Positions 49,541 to 60,568 of a DNA stretch of 64,000 bases are shown here, one piece after another. Each line of letters starts with the position of its first letter. The first letter of the stretch is position 1. Source of the stretch: Lachnospiraceae bacterium (GTDB lineage Bacteria; Bacillota; Clostridia; Lachnospirales; Lachnospiraceae). Where the stretch lies: NCBI GenBank assembly GCA_963605745.1, contig CAVCWT010000012.1, forward strand, positions 608 through 64,607, written 5' to 3'. The notes beneath the pieces are model-generated. The model was not told the origin of the DNA. It was given only the letters and a program-made list of their open reading frames with translations, and searched no databases. The translations under genes and the position numbers were made by a program.

Positions 49541-50882
49541 CTGCTAGTTCTCCTATCAAATCATAATCCTGCGAGCCGGTGACCCGGGCCCGCACCAGTG
49601 TTCCGCTCATCAGATCTCTGGCTGTCTCCAGGTAAATATTGCTGTCAACATCCGGCGCATCCATCGTGGTGCGTCCCACATAGACATAGCCGTTTTCCGA
49701 CAGTTCATCTGCAAGGCGCCCCTCGATCAAAACATCGAATTCCTGTCCGACAAGTGCTGCCTGTTTATGGAAGGCAATCTCCTGCTGTGCCAGCATCAGT
49801 TCCTTCTGACGACGCTTTTTGGTGGAAGGATGCACCTGATGATCGAATCCGGCCGCCGGTGTCCCTTCCTCTCTCGAATAGGTGTACACGCCGAGCCTGT
49901 CAAACTGCATGTCCTGAACGAAGGCCAGGAGGCTTTTGTGATCCTCCTCGGTCTCTTCGGGGAATCCGGTAATGAGCGTTGTGCGAAGGCAGATGCCGGG
50001 AACCCTTTCACGGAGCTTTTGCACCATCTCCTCCAGCTCCTTCCGATTCGTCCGCCGTCCCATTCTGCGAAGGATCGCATCCGAGGCGTGCTGAATGGGC
50101 ATATCCAGATAGGGCAGAACCTTATTGTCCTCTGCGAGAACATCGATCAGCTCGTCCGTAATTTCTTCCGGATAGCAGTACAGAACGCGGATCCAATCAA
50201 TACCCTGCACCAGGCAGAGCCTTCGAAGGAGCTCGGGCAGCATCTTTTTGCCATAAAGATCCACACCATACAGTGTGGTCTCCTGTGCCACCAGAATCAG
50301 CTCCTTGGCCCCCTGAGCCGCAAGGCTCTTGGCATCCTCAAGGATCTGTTCCATCGGAACGCTGCGGTAGTGGCCACGGATCGAAGGAATGGCGCAGTAG
50401 GTGCAGTTCTTGTTGCAGCCCTCTGCGATCTTGAGATATCCCACAAAGCTGCCAAGAGACAGAATCTGTCTTGCCGCAGACGGAGTAATATCCGGATTCT
50501 CAAGGATAGCCTTTTCCGGCTTCTCTCCTGCCTCGAGCTGCGAGAGAACCTTCCCCACGGAGTCCTCCGCGGTGGTTCCGATCACGGCATCCACTTCAGG
50601 AATCAGCTTTAAAACCTCGTCCTGATATCTCTGGGCAAGACATCCCGTTACAATCAGATGTTTTAATTTTCCGGTTTTCTTGAGCTGTGCAATGGAGAGG
50701 ATCTCATCGATGCTCTCCTGTTTGGCCGAATCAATGAAGGCACAGGTATTGATCACCGCTGCCTCAGCCTCAGCCTCATCCTCTGTAAACGAACAAATGC
50801 CGCCATCCTCGAGAATGCCGGCCATTTTGCGTGTGTCTACAGTATTTTTGTCACAGCCAAGAGATACAAATAATGTTTTCAC
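49524..50882 (-). CDS. rimO: ribosomal protein S12 methylthiotransferase
   Basis: SLGCDKN, NTCAFI, GCLAQRY, CNKNCTYC radical-SAM motif, TRAM domain. Confidence 0.95.
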   Translation of the reverse strand: MKTLFVSLGCDKNTVDTRKMAGILEDGGICSFTEDEAEAEAAVINTCAFIDSAKQESIDEILSIAQLKKTGKLKHLIVTGCLAQRYQDEVLKLIPEVDAVIGTTAEDSVGKVLSQLEAGEKPEKAILENPDITPSAARQILSLGSFVGYLKIAEGCNKNCTYCAIPSIRGHYRSVPMEQILEDAKSLAAQGAKELILVAQETTLYGVDLYGKKMLPELLRRLCLVQGIDWIRVLYCYPEEITDELIDVLAEDNKVLPYLDMPIQHASDAILRRMGRRTNRKELEEMVQKLRERVPGICLRTTLITGFPEETEEDHKSLLAFVQDMQFDRLGVYTYSREEGTPAAGFDHQVHPSTKKRRQKELMLAQQEIAFHKQAALVGQEFDVLIEGRLADELSENGYVYVGRTTMDAPDVDSNIYLETARDLMSGTLVRARVTGSQDYDLIGELADESAE

Positions 50883-50920
50883 AAATTATGCTCTCTGGTT
50901 TTCTGCAGAATATTCTGCCC

Positions 50921-51343
50921 TTACTCATCCTCTACAATAACGTTGTCTTCCTCGTCCTCTTCGTCGGAACTCGTGCCGGCATTGTGTGCAGCCTCTGCTG
51001 CCTCCGTCTCTGCCAGCATTTCCTCAGTCAGACTACCGGTCAGGCCAAGGCCGCTCTCGAGCGCTCTTGCTGTTGCGCGATCTGCTGCCTCGTAGCTCAG
51101 GATCTCTTCTTCATCCTGAGGCAGGATCTTGAGCTGTGCTTGCTCGAGCTCCTCTACGGCGATGGACAAAGGCTTCTTTCCTGCAATATCGTCAATCATT
51201 GGCTCATCACCGTCCACGATCTGGCGAGCTCTTTTGGCGGTTGCCATAACGACCGAATAGCGGCTGTTGATGACGGGAGTTTCGCCTTCTTCAACGCCTT
51301 CGTTTACAACATTCATAAGATCTACATAAGAAGGATGGATCAT
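50921..51343 (-). CDS. rpoZ: RNA polymerase omega subunit with acidic C-terminal extension
   Basis: MIHPSY, SRYSVVMATAKRARQ and KPLSIAVEE motifs; downstream of gmk. Confidence 0.93.
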   Translation of the reverse strand: MIHPSYVDLMNVVNEGVEEGETPVINSRYSVVMATAKRARQIVDGDEPMIDDIAGKKPLSIAVEELEQAQLKILPQDEEEILSYEAADRATARALESGLGLTGSLTEEMLAETEAAEAAHNAGTSSDEEDEEDNVIVEDE

Positions 51344-51622
51344 CTGTATGGGATTCCTTTCTATTGTTGCTGTCTGTGTTGCTGCCTGGCACAGCAATTC
51401 TAAACCAGTACGGATTCGTACCAGTAATTACTAACAACCGAGTATAACATCCTTTTGCCGGATCTGCCAGTAGATGTTTGCGGTACTGATTCACGGTGCT
51501 GATTTGCTTCGGAGCGGCAAGGGATGCGCGGCCAGCCGGGATTTCGACCCGTTTCGTGTTCCGAAGGTGCGCGCCTGCGCACCGACTTGCCACCCCTGAC
51601 GCGAATTTGCGGATCGCAGAGA

Positions 51623-52252
51623 TTACCGGGTCTTGAGTGCCTCGAGCTCACGGGTCAGTTCCTGCATCAGCTCAGTCTGGCGGATAGTCGCATTTTTGGC
51701 TTCCTGGATGGTGCGGTGCACGAGTTCTACGGCGTCGCCTAGGTTGTCATTGACGATGAGATAGTCATAGAGGGGCATGGACTCGGCCTCTTCGCAGGCG
51801 CGCTGCATCCGGCCTTGGATCACATCTTCGGTCTCGGTGCCTCTGCCTTTTAATCTGTTGTAGAGTTCCTCTGCAGAGGGCGGTGTCACGAACAAGAGGA
51901 TCGTGTCGGGACGTTTCTTTTTGATCTGCATGGCCCCCTGCACTTCGATCTCCAACAATACGTCCTTGCCTTCTGCGATGGCCTCTTCCACGTATCTGCG
52001 GGGTGTTCCGTAGCAGTGATCCACGTATCCTGCATGCTCAAGGAGACCGTCCTGTTCCACCAGCTCGTCAAACTGCTGCTGGCTGATAAAGTGGTAGTCG
52101 ACGCCGTCGGTTTCGCCGGGTCTTGGGTTTCTCGTGGTCACAGAAACAGACAGCGCATATTCCGGATGGGTCCGTAAGAGTTCCCGCATGATGGTGCCTT
52201 TTCCGGCACCTGAGAAACCGGAAATGACGGTAAGACTTCCTTTTTTCTGCAT
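51623..52252 (-). CDS. gmk: guanylate kinase
   Basis: SGFSGAGKGT, TTRNPRPGE, YGTP and EIEVQGA motifs. Confidence 0.97.
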   Translation of the reverse strand: MQKKGSLTVISGFSGAGKGTIMRELLRTHPEYALSVSVTTRNPRPGETDGVDYHFISQQQFDELVEQDGLLEHAGYVDHCYGTPRRYVEEAIAEGKDVLLEIEVQGAMQIKKKRPDTILLFVTPPSAEELYNRLKGRGTETEDVIQGRMQRACEEAESMPLYDYLIVNDNLGDAVELVHRTIQEAKNATIRQTELMQELTRELEALKTR

Positions 52253-52327
52253 GATGTTCTCCTTTGTATCTCACGTTGCCTGCAAGCAGCCACGTCACAT
52301 TCAAATTTCAAACTGCTGTTTTCATTG

Positions 52328-53215
52328 TTATTCAAGGTTTTGGATCTGTTCTCTTATTTTCTCAATTTCGGTCTTGAGTTCAATGGCAATGTCTGCAGAC
52401 GATGCATTGGAGGTTTTGGAGAGGATCGTGTTGGCCTCCCGGTTCATCTCCTGCACAAGGAAATCCAGTTTCCGGCCGACGCTCTCATTGTCTTTCCTGA
52501 GTTCCTCTCGCACGGCAATGATGTGACTTTCCAGTCGGACCATCTCTTCATCCACGCAGACATGATCTGCATAGAAGGCTGCTTCCTGCAGAATTCTGTT
52601 TTCATCCACAGCAGCGCCGGTTTCCTGCAGAACCTCCTGCATGCGCCCTAGCAGCCCGTTTCGATACTGCTCCAAAATGACCGGTGCGTTAGAGCGAATC
52701 TGATCCACGCCTTTTTGCAGTCCGTCCAGTTTACCCAGAAGGTCCTGTGTAATGTAATTGCCTTCCTTGATTCTGGCTGCAGCGAACTGCTTTGCAGCCG
52801 CACGCACACATTCCAGAAGAGGTTCCAGGAGCTCATCATTTTCTGTATTCTCTTCGGCCAGTGTCAGAACCTCCGGGTACTGCGACAACTGCTGCGCGCT
52901 CAGCTCTACCGGGAGGTCGTATTCTGCCGCCATCTCGCGAATGCAGTTCACATATTCTCCGGCCAGGACCTTGTTATAATGAACATGAGCGTCCGATGCG
53001 CCTGTATTCTCTATGGTAACGAAAACGTCCACTTTTCCGCGAAGGATCCATTTTTTGAGTTCCTCGCGAATGTTCGCCTCAAACGGATTCAGGCGTCTGG
53101 GCAACCGGATATTCAGATCCAGATACCGATTGTTGACGGATTTCATCTCTACTGTGAATTTCTGCAGCGGGGTCGATACCTCGCCTCTGCCGTATCCTGT
53201 CATGCTCCTGGCCAT
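52328..53215 (-). CDS. yicC: YicC/YloC-family endoribonuclease
   Basis: RSMTGYG, KSVNNRYLD, GRKLDFLVQEMNREANT and REQIQNLE motifs. Confidence 0.95.
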   Translation of the reverse strand: MARSMTGYGRGEVSTPLQKFTVEMKSVNNRYLDLNIRLPRRLNPFEANIREELKKWILRGKVDVFVTIENTGASDAHVHYNKVLAGEYVNCIREMAAEYDLPVELSAQQLSQYPEVLTLAEENTENDELLEPLLECVRAAAKQFAAARIKEGNYITQDLLGKLDGLQKGVDQIRSNAPVILEQYRNGLLGRMQEVLQETGAAVDENRILQEAAFYADHVCVDEEMVRLESHIIAVREELRKDNESVGRKLDFLVQEMNREANTILSKTSNASSADIAIELKTEIEKIREQIQNLE

Positions 53216-53321
53216 GATGTTCCTCTTTTCTAAGGGCTTTTTAATAGCATTTCAATGGTTTTCAAATCGCTTTTCCATGCTTTTTCAAGTGCGGCATTTT
53301 CGAGCCGCGGCATCTCCCGAA

Positions 53322-55298
53322 TTAAACGCTCGCAATCCCGGTTATGTCTGCATTTACGACCAAGGAATAATTGGTGTGATAGATCACAAATCCCGGCCTT
53401 GCTCCTGCCGGCTTTTTGAGGTTGCGCCGCTCCAGATAGTCCACCTCGACACGTCCTGCCTCTCTTCCCTTGGAATAGTACGCAGCCAGTCTTGCCGCCT
53501 CTTCAAAGGCACGGTCCGGAATCTCTTCAAAGGGCTTCCCTTCCGTTTTCAGGATCACATGGGAGCCTGCGATATCATTGGCATGGAACCAAATATCTGA
53601 CGCCTTCGCCACATGGAAGGAGAGCTCGTCATTTTGCAGGTTATTCTTGCCGACATAGATGTCATAGCCATCCGACGAGAGGTAGTGCATCGGCTGCGCC
53701 TCCGGGAGCTTGGCCGGACCCTTTTTGTTCCTGCCGGAGCCCTTTTTGCCTTTCTCAAGATGTCGCCGGACGAATCCGCACTCTTCCATCTCCGCGCGAA
53801 CCTGGGCAAGGTCTCCTTCTGTCACTGACAGATTCAGGGCCTCCTTGATGCTCTCGAGTTGATCGATCTCGGCCTTTACGTCCTGCATCAGTGATTCGAG
53901 GGCTTCTTTCGTCCGTTTGAGCTTTGTGTATCGGTCAAAATAACGTTTCGCATTTTCCAGCGGTGTCTTCGCAGGATCCAGCGGCACCGTCAGCTTTTCT
54001 CCGGTGTAATAGTTGTCCAGCTCTGCGCTTGAAGAGCCCTCCGGAATGCTGTACCCATAGGTGTTCAGCAGCTCGCCGTACACCCGGTATTTATCTCTTT
54101 TTTCCGTGTCCTTCAGCTGTCTGGTCTGCAGGTCGTATTTGTGCAGGTCACGTTCCAGAATCGTCTGTACAACCTTGCGAAGGTCCGCGGACTTTTGCCG
54201 GATGCGGGTGAGATTATTTTTTTCTTTGTAGTAGTTCTCGAGGAGCTCCGAAATGGAGTCATAGCTCCTTTCGGGCAGGTCCCGGTACATGGTCAGCGGC
54301 AGGGCCGAGAACTCCACCGGCTCGCCGCAGCTCAGGGTATCTGCTGCGCCCACATGATAATAGACTGTCGGGCAGAAAGCGCCCTCTTGTGCCTTTTCCA
54401 GAACGTCCCGGAAGGTTATCCACAACTGCTCCATTTCCTCCCGGCTCAGCTCCGATGCGCTGCGATCCTGCGAGAGCCTTGCGCGGAACACGGTTTCCTC
54501 CGACATCACGGTGGAAAATCCCGTGTAATGATTCAACAGGAATCTCGATACCGGCGTACTCTCTGCCTGCAGGAACTCTGTAAAGTGCTCCTTTGTCTCC
54601 GTAAAAGGATCTCTTTTTCCTTGCGTTTTAGGGACAAAATACGGCCGTCCCGGCAGGACCTCCCGCACGGAGCTCACCATCTGCGAGATTCTCTTGATCG
54701 AATCCAGGATGATCTCCTGACGGTCCGGTTCTGCGCTTTCCTGTTCTTCATCCTGTCCGCTGGCTCTTTCAGCCGCAGTACTCGGATTAATGTCCGTTTC
54801 AGCCGCAGCACTCGGATCAATGCCCGTTTCACCCGCAGCGCCCGGATCAATGTCGCTTTGGGGATTCCCTGCTGCAGCAGTCCTCGCATCCAAGAGGATG
54901 ATATTACTGTGCTTACCCATGAGCTCAATTACGAGGACATGTCGGCACAGATCCCCCATCTCATTCATGTGCTCGATCTCGAAACGAAGGATTCGTTCGA
55001 GGCCGGGCTGGGTGACAGCCGTTATTTTGCCGTTCTGAAGGTACTTACGCAGGAGCATGCAAAAGGTCGGGGCTGCCGCGGGTGCCGGCTTGTTCTCCTC
55101 GGTCAGATAGACGAGAGGTAGGGTCGCATCTGCACACAAAAGGAGGCGGACCTGGCCGCCTCCTTTGGATGCCTCCGGACGCAGTGTCAAGAGCAGCTCG
55201 TCCGGCTCAGGCTGTACAATGCGATAGATTCTGGCGCCCGTCAGGCGCTCGGACAATTCCCTCTGAAGGGCTCTTGTTGTAAATCCGTCAAATGCCAT
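53322..55298 (-). CDS. rqcH: NFACT-family ribosome quality control factor RqcH (FbpA/PavA-like)
   Basis: MAFDG, FCMLLRK, ELMGKHSNII, VGKNNLQND and WFH...GSHV motifs. Confidence 0.93.
   Translation of the reverse strand: MAFDGFTTRALQRELSERLTGARIYRIVQPEPDELLLTLRPEASKGGGQVRLLLCADATLPLVYLTEENKPAPAAAPTFCMLLRKYLQNGKITAVTQPGLERILRFEIEHMNEMGDLCRHVLVIELMGKHSNIILLDARTAAAGNPQSDIDPGAAGETGIDPSAAAETDINPSTAAERASGQDEEQESAEPDRQEIILDSIKRISQMVSSVREVLPGRPYFVPKTQGKRDPFTETKEHFTEFLQAESTPVSRFLLNHYTGFSTVMSEETVFRARLSQDRSASELSREEMEQLWITFRDVLEKAQEGAFCPTVYYHVGAADTLSCGEPVEFSALPLTMYRDLPERSYDSISELLENYYKEKNNLTRIRQKSADLRKVVQTILERDLHKYDLQTRQLKDTEKRDKYRVYGELLNTYGYSIPEGSSSAELDNYYTGEKLTVPLDPAKTPLENAKRYFDRYTKLKRTKEALESLMQDVKAEIDQLESIKEALNLSVTEGDLAQVRAEMEECGFVRRHLEKGKKGSGRNKKGPAKLPEAQPMHYLSSDGYDIYVGKNNLQNDELSFHVAKASDIWFHANDIAGSHVILKTEGKPFEEIPDRAFEEAARLAAYYSKGREAGRVEVDYLERRNLKKPAGARPGFVIYHTNYSLVVNADITGIASV
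54767..54856. repeat. 30-bp tandem repeat x3 inside rqcH
   Basis: tttcagccgcagtactcggattaatgtccg and variants; encodes DIDPGAAGET/GIDPSAAAET/DINPSTAAE. Confidence 0.85.
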
Positions 55299-55304
55299 TG
55301 ATTC

Positions 55305-56978
55305 TTAATCTTCCTTTTTGAGCCAGTGGATTTTCTCCAGGAACTCGATCATCTGCTTGCCTCTTGGCACCGCCAGAAGGTTTTCTCTCGTCACCGTACC
55401 GGAGGCGATCAACGTGAACTCATACACAATAAGCGCCACCAAAAGAGCCGGCAGAAGTGCTGCCAGACTGCGGAAATAGAACCCGTAAGAGATTCCTTCC
55501 ATCGGCTCCAACACACGGTACAAAAGGTCGTACACGAGCCTTGCCGCAATGCCCATCAGCAGTGCACAGATGAGGGGCCGCAGATAATACTGGCGAATGT
55601 TCTGCTGCAGCTGCAGGAATTTATGCAGATAGATCTGGTTGATCACAAAGATCATCATCGAATACAGTACGCTTACAATGACCAGTGCCTCGACGTCCAT
55701 ACTCGTTTTCATCAAAAGAACGCTCAGTGCCGCGGTCTGCACCACCAATGCAATTCCGGCAGAGATCAGCGGCTGATTCATCTTGCCGATGGACTGAAGC
55801 GCTGCATTGGTAATCGTTGAAATCGAGTAAAATACGACCGTCACAGCCAGCATGGACAGAAGCGAGGATGCCGTATACAGGGAGGACATCTGCGGGAACA
55901 TCAGCATGGTGATCGGTCGCGACAACATGCACAGTCCCACTGCCGAAGGAATGGCGATCAATGCTGTTGCGCGAATGGCATTCCCCACATGCTCTCTGGT
56001 ATCCTCAAGATTCCCTTTTGCAAAGGACGCCGAAATGCCCGGGATAATGGCCGAGCTGACGGCCGTTGCAATGGAGATGGGAATGTTGGAAATCACGACG
56101 GCCTTATTGGAGAAAATACCGTACAGTGTGGTGGCCGTTGTTTCGCCGACCTCTCTGAGATAAATCATGATCCGCATGTAGATCGTCTGATTCAGAGCCG
56201 TGGTCAGATTCAGGACAACGCCGCTGAGCATAAAAGGCGTGATCACCAGTAAGGTTTCTTTGAAAAATTCGCTGTACTTGCCGGATTTTCCGGAAGGGTC
56301 CATGCGAATGACCGCCTGTGCGGATTTCTGATCCCGCTGCAGGCAATAGAACATATAGACAAGGGCTGCGAACACGCCGGCGCCGGTTCCCAGTGCCGAG
56401 CCCATGGCTCCCAGCTGTGCCTGTCTCGTCGGATCATCTCCTGCCATCGTCCGCATGAGAATCCATGCCGCCGAAATACTGACAATCGCATTGGCCAGCT
56501 GCTCCAGAATCTGTGAAATACTGGTTGGCACCATACTGCCTCGTGCCTGAAAATATCCCCGCAGCGCACCCAGAATGCCGAACAGGAACACCGTTGGTGC
56601 GAATACTCGCAGAACGCCAACGGCAACCTCCGGGACCAGGAAGGTCGCTCCGTAATACAAAAGGAGACTTCCCGCCAGTCCCACCAGCACCCCGTAGAAC
56701 AAGGCGCAGCGGAATACTTTTCGTGCATTTTGGTACTCTCCTACCGCAATCTTCTGCGACATTAGTTTCGAAATCGCAGACGGCATACTGTAGGAGGAAA
56801 CCATCAATATGATCGTATAAATGTTGTAAGCGGTGCCGTAGTAGCCGTTTCCCTCATCTCCGATGATGGCAGTCAGGGGTGACCGATATAACAATCCGAT
56901 CACCCTGACCAGCATGCTGGCTGCTGCCAGGATGCCTGCCTGCACTACAACATTCGTACCCTTGCTCTTTTTTGCCAT
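55305..56978 (-). CDS. MurJ/YtgP/SpoVB-like MOP flippase
   Basis: RVIGLLYR.PL...IGDEGNGYY, RGYFQ and SQILEQ motifs; about 14 TM. Confidence 0.88.
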   Translation of the reverse strand: MAKKSKGTNVVVQAGILAAASMLVRVIGLLYRSPLTAIIGDEGNGYYGTAYNIYTIILMVSSYSMPSAISKLMSQKIAVGEYQNARKVFRCALFYGVLVGLAGSLLLYYGATFLVPEVAVGVLRVFAPTVFLFGILGALRGYFQARGSMVPTSISQILEQLANAIVSISAAWILMRTMAGDDPTRQAQLGAMGSALGTGAGVFAALVYMFYCLQRDQKSAQAVIRMDPSGKSGKYSEFFKETLLVITPFMLSGVVLNLTTALNQTIYMRIMIYLREVGETTATTLYGIFSNKAVVISNIPISIATAVSSAIIPGISASFAKGNLEDTREHVGNAIRATALIAIPSAVGLCMLSRPITMLMFPQMSSLYTASSLLSMLAVTVVFYSISTITNAALQSIGKMNQPLISAGIALVVQTAALSVLLMKTSMDVEALVIVSVLYSMMIFVINQIYLHKFLQLQQNIRQYYLRPLICALLMGIAARLVYDLLYRVLEPMEGISYGFYFRSLAALLPALLVALIVYEFTLIASGTVTRENLLAVPRGKQMIEFLEKIHWLKKED

Positions 56979-56984
56979 TTGTCC

Positions 56985-58433
56985 TTATCCAATCAGCCAA
57001 TCATACATTTCCTGATACTGGCCTGCGGAAACCTTCCAGGAGAAATCGGCAGCCATTGCACGATCTACCATCTGGTTCCAGTTCCGTTTCTTGTCGTAAT
57101 ATACCTTCTCCGCATAGCGGACCGCATGCATCATCTCATGCGCGTTGTAATTCGTAAAGGTGAATCCGGTTCCCGTCTGCTCGAATTCGTTATACGGCAT
57201 TACCGTATCCTTGAGGCCGCCTGTTTCGCGGACAATCGGCAGGGAGCCGTAACGAAGCGCCATCAGCTGGCTGAGTCCGCAGGGCTCGAACAGGGACGGC
57301 ATCAGGAAAGCATCACTGGCAGCATAGATCTTGTGTGAAAGATCCTCGGAATAATAAATGTTCGCAGACATCTTGCCCTGATATTTCTCATTGAAATACC
57401 GGAACATATTCTCATAACGGTCCTCGCCGGTTCCCAGAACAACCACCTGCAGGGCATCCTGTGACAGCATCTCCTCCATCACATAGGCAATCAGGTCAAA
57501 CCCCTTCTGATCCGTCAGACGGGAAACAATGCCAACCATAAAGCACTTGTCATCCTCTGCGAGGCCGAGCTCTTTCTGCAGCTCTGCCTTGTTCTGTTTC
57601 TTCATCTTGCGCCAGTTGGAAACATCAAATGGATGCGGGATGCTGTGATCCTCCTTCGGATTGAAGGTGCTGTAATCAATTCCATTCAGAATACCACGCA
57701 GGTCATGCGCTCTGGCATTCAGAATGCCGTCGAGGCCCTCGCCATAGTACTGTGTCTTGATCTCCTCAGCATAGGTCGGAGAAACCGTTGTAATTGCATC
57801 CGCATATACAATACCACCCTTTAAAAGGTTGGCATCCTTGTAGGCTTCAAGCTTGTCCGGTGTGAAATAATAGCCGGACAGTCCGGTGATGCTCTCAACA
57901 TCCTGCACGCCCCACTTGCCCTGGAAGCGCAGGTTATGAATCGTCATAACCGTCTTGATGCCGTGATAGAACGGATTCTCCTGGAACCGTTCCTTGAGAT
58001 AAACCGGAATCAGGCCGGTCTGCCAGTCATGGCAGTGGATCAGATCCGGACGGAAGCCGATGGTCGGCAGCGCAGACAGAACAGCCTTGGAGAAGAAAGA
58101 ATAACGCTTAATTTCGAACAATGCATCATTGGTATATACGGTGCCGGTATTGAACAGATCCTCGTTGTCGATGAAATAGTAAATAACACCGTCAACCTGC
58201 GCCCGCATAATTCCGACGTACATGCTCCGCCAGTCAAAATCCATGTAAAAGCTGGTGACGAACTCCATGCGGTCCTTCATTTCCTGTTTCATGCAGGAAT
58301 ATTTCGGCATAATCACACGAACGTCATAAAATTCCTTGTCCAGTTCCTTCGGCAGAGAACCGACAACGTCAGCCAGACCGCCTGTTTTGATGAACGGAAA
58401 TCCTTCTGATGCAGCAAATAAAATATTCTTCAT
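56985..58433 (-). CDS. glgA: glycogen synthase
   Basis: KTGGLADV, HCHDWQ, NGID, SRLTDQKG and PSLFEPCGL motifs; start MKNIL at 58433. Confidence 0.96.
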   Translation of the reverse strand: MKNILFAASEGFPFIKTGGLADVVGSLPKELDKEFYDVRVIMPKYSCMKQEMKDRMEFVTSFYMDFDWRSMYVGIMRAQVDGVIYYFIDNEDLFNTGTVYTNDALFEIKRYSFFSKAVLSALPTIGFRPDLIHCHDWQTGLIPVYLKERFQENPFYHGIKTVMTIHNLRFQGKWGVQDVESITGLSGYYFTPDKLEAYKDANLLKGGIVYADAITTVSPTYAEEIKTQYYGEGLDGILNARAHDLRGILNGIDYSTFNPKEDHSIPHPFDVSNWRKMKKQNKAELQKELGLAEDDKCFMVGIVSRLTDQKGFDLIAYVMEEMLSQDALQVVVLGTGEDRYENMFRYFNEKYQGKMSANIYYSEDLSHKIYAASDAFLMPSLFEPCGLSQLMALRYGSLPIVRETGGLKDTVMPYNEFEQTGTGFTFTNYNAHEMMHAVRYAEKVYYDKKRNWNQMVDRAMAADFSWKVSAGQYQEMYDWLIG

Positions 58434-58601
58434 GCCATAACCCCCTGGTTTTGGTAAAACATTGACCTCCCTATTATACTCCAGCAACCAAGGTGCAAAC
58501 AACAAGAAAAGGAGATAATGCGCTGCATTATCTCCCATCGTGTTACATTGTAAATTCAGTTGTGGCATTCTGGATTATTTTACCATACTCATGTGAACCA
58601 C

Positions 58602-60158
58602 TTACTTTGCATAATCCGTTACTCTGGATTCGCGGATCACGTTTACCTTGATCTGGCCCGGATATTCCAGTTCGTCTTCAATCTTCTTGGAAATATCGTG
58701 GGCGAGCAATACCATATCGGTATCACTGATCTTCTCAGGAACTACCATAACACGAACTTCTCTGCCTGCCTGGATGGCATAAGAATTGCTAACCCCTTTA
58801 AAGCTGTTGGTGATTTCTTCGAGCTGTTTCAGTCTGGAGGTGTAGGTCTCCAGAGTCTCTCTTCTCGCGCCCGGTCTTGCCGCAGAAATCGTATCTGCTG
58901 CCTGCACGATGCAGGCAATCAGACTCGTAGGCTCCACGTCTCCGTGATGAGACTCCACCGTGTTGATCACGATGGCAGACTCTTTGTATTTACGGCAGAG
59001 CTCAGCACCCAGCTGTACATGAGATCCTTCCATCTCATGGTCCACAGCCTTACCGATATCGTGCAGCAATCCTGCACGCTTTGCCATACGGACATCCAAT
59101 CCCAGTTCTCCAGCCAAAATTCCGGACAACTGTGCAACCTCCACGCTGTGGCGCAGGACATTCTGGCCATAGCTGGTACGATAGCGGAGCTTTCCGAGCA
59201 AACGGATCAGCTCATGATGAAGGCCATGTACTCCGACCTCCAGCGTGGCCGCCTCGCCCTCTTCCTTAATGACAGACTCCACTTCTTTTTTGGCTTTTTC
59301 AACCATTTCTTCGATTCTGGCCGGATGAATACGTCCATCCACGATGAGCTTCTCCAGAGCAATTCTGGCAACCTCACGGCGGATCGGATCAAAGCCCGAG
59401 ATGACAACCGCCTCCGGCGTGTCATCGATGATCAGATCTACACCCGTCATCGTCTCAAGGGTTCGAATGTTACGCCCCTCGCGTCCGATGATGCGTCCCT
59501 TCATCTCATCGCTTGGCAGCTGGACAACCGAAATCGTAGCCTCCGCTACATGATCTGCTGCGCATCTCTGGATGGCGCTGATCACGTATTCTCTGGCCTT
59601 TTTGTCCGCTTCCTCTTTGGCCTCCGTCTCGATCTCCTTGATCATGACGGCCGAATCATGTCTTACAGCATCTTCAACAGTCTTTAAAAGGTATTCTTTT
59701 GCCTGTTCCGAGGTAAGTCCCGAAATTCGTTCGAGTTCCTGTGTACGCTGTTCACCAAGCTTGGCAACTTCATCCTGCCGTTTCCGCAGCGATTCCTCAC
59801 GAGATGCGAGTGACTGTTCCTTGCGTTCCAGTGCGTCGCTCTTTCTGTCGATTGCCTCTTCCTTCTGCTGTACTCTGTGCTCGTTGCGCTGAACCTCATT
59901 CCGTCTGTCCTTGATTTCCTTATCAAGGTCGGCCTTGGCTTTCATGTTCTCTTCCTTGGCCTCCAGAAGAGCCTCGCGTTTCTTGCTCTCAGCAGTGGAA
60001 AGTGCCTCATCGATGATCGCTTTTGCCTTTGCCTCTGCGCTTCCGATCGTCTGATCATCCTGCGCCTTGATGCGCTTTTGTGTCAGATTCCTGGTCACCG
60101 GAATGGCAATCGCGAGTGAGATAATAGCCGCTGCAATTGCAGAAATAATTGCAGACAT
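58602..60158 (-). CDS. rny: ribonuclease Y
   Basis: N-terminal TM, coiled coil, KH ([11 protein letters not shown]), HD (LLHDIGK); start MSAII at 60158. Confidence 0.97.
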   Translation of the reverse strand: MSAIISAIAAAIISLAIAIPVTRNLTQKRIKAQDDQTIGSAEAKAKAIIDEALSTAESKKREALLEAKEENMKAKADLDKEIKDRRNEVQRNEHRVQQKEEAIDRKSDALERKEQSLASREESLRKRQDEVAKLGEQRTQELERISGLTSEQAKEYLLKTVEDAVRHDSAVMIKEIETEAKEEADKKAREYVISAIQRCAADHVAEATISVVQLPSDEMKGRIIGREGRNIRTLETMTGVDLIIDDTPEAVVISGFDPIRREVARIALEKLIVDGRIHPARIEEMVEKAKKEVESVIKEEGEAATLEVGVHGLHHELIRLLGKLRYRTSYGQNVLRHSVEVAQLSGILAGELGLDVRMAKRAGLLHDIGKAVDHEMEGSHVQLGAELCRKYKESAIVINTVESHHGDVEPTSLIACIVQAADTISAARPGARRETLETYTSRLKQLEEITNSFKGVSNSYAIQAGREVRVMVVPEKISDTDMVLLAHDISKKIEDELEYPGQIKVNVIRESRVTDYAK

Positions 60159-60387
60159 ACTACAGGAGCACCTCCTTATATAATTTGCGTTGCAGCCGCA
60201 TTCCTGCGACGGATCCTCATCGAAGACAGATGAGAGCTCCAGGCATATCGCCGAATTTGGCAAAATACAACAAATCAATACTACCTGTTTTGTACGCCAG
60301 TGTCAAGAATGCATAAGTCTAATTCCATCAAAATCCATCAAAAGTGCCCGGCATTGACCACGCATGTGTCAGTATTTGTAAACTTGC

Positions 60388-60415
60388 TTGACAGGAATTC
60401 ATATCTCAGTATAAT
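60388..60415 (+). promoter_or_regulatory. consensus sigma-A promoter
   Basis: TTGACA-N16-TATAAT upstream of the plus-strand two-gene operon. Confidence 0.8.
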
Positions 60416-60431
60416 TGCTTCTGTTTTGACT

Positions 60432-60445
60432 GGTGTCTTGACACC
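60432..60445. promoter_or_regulatory. putative NiaR operator
   Basis: Palindrome GGTGTC-TT-GACACC just downstream of the -10, upstream of an operon encoding NiaR. Confidence 0.7.
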
Positions 60446-60553
60446 TGACAACTTCATTTTAGTCGATCTTTATTCGCATTGGTGCCTGTGCGAGCAGGCA
60501 TGATCGTTTTAGCGTCCGATTCATGTCGAAATCGTCAGGTGCTAAACAATTAC
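60441..60553 (+). repeat. diverged right half of the TIR element in the 5' leader
   Basis: ccgattcatgtcgaaatcgtcaggtgctaaacaattac matches the element 3' end; cacctgacaacttca matches cacctgacaatttca. Confidence 0.6.
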
Positions 60554-60568
60554 AAAAGAGGTACTCAC

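Noticed and set aside
58560..59687. 375-aa plus-strand ORF
   Set aside because: Antisense shadow of rny.
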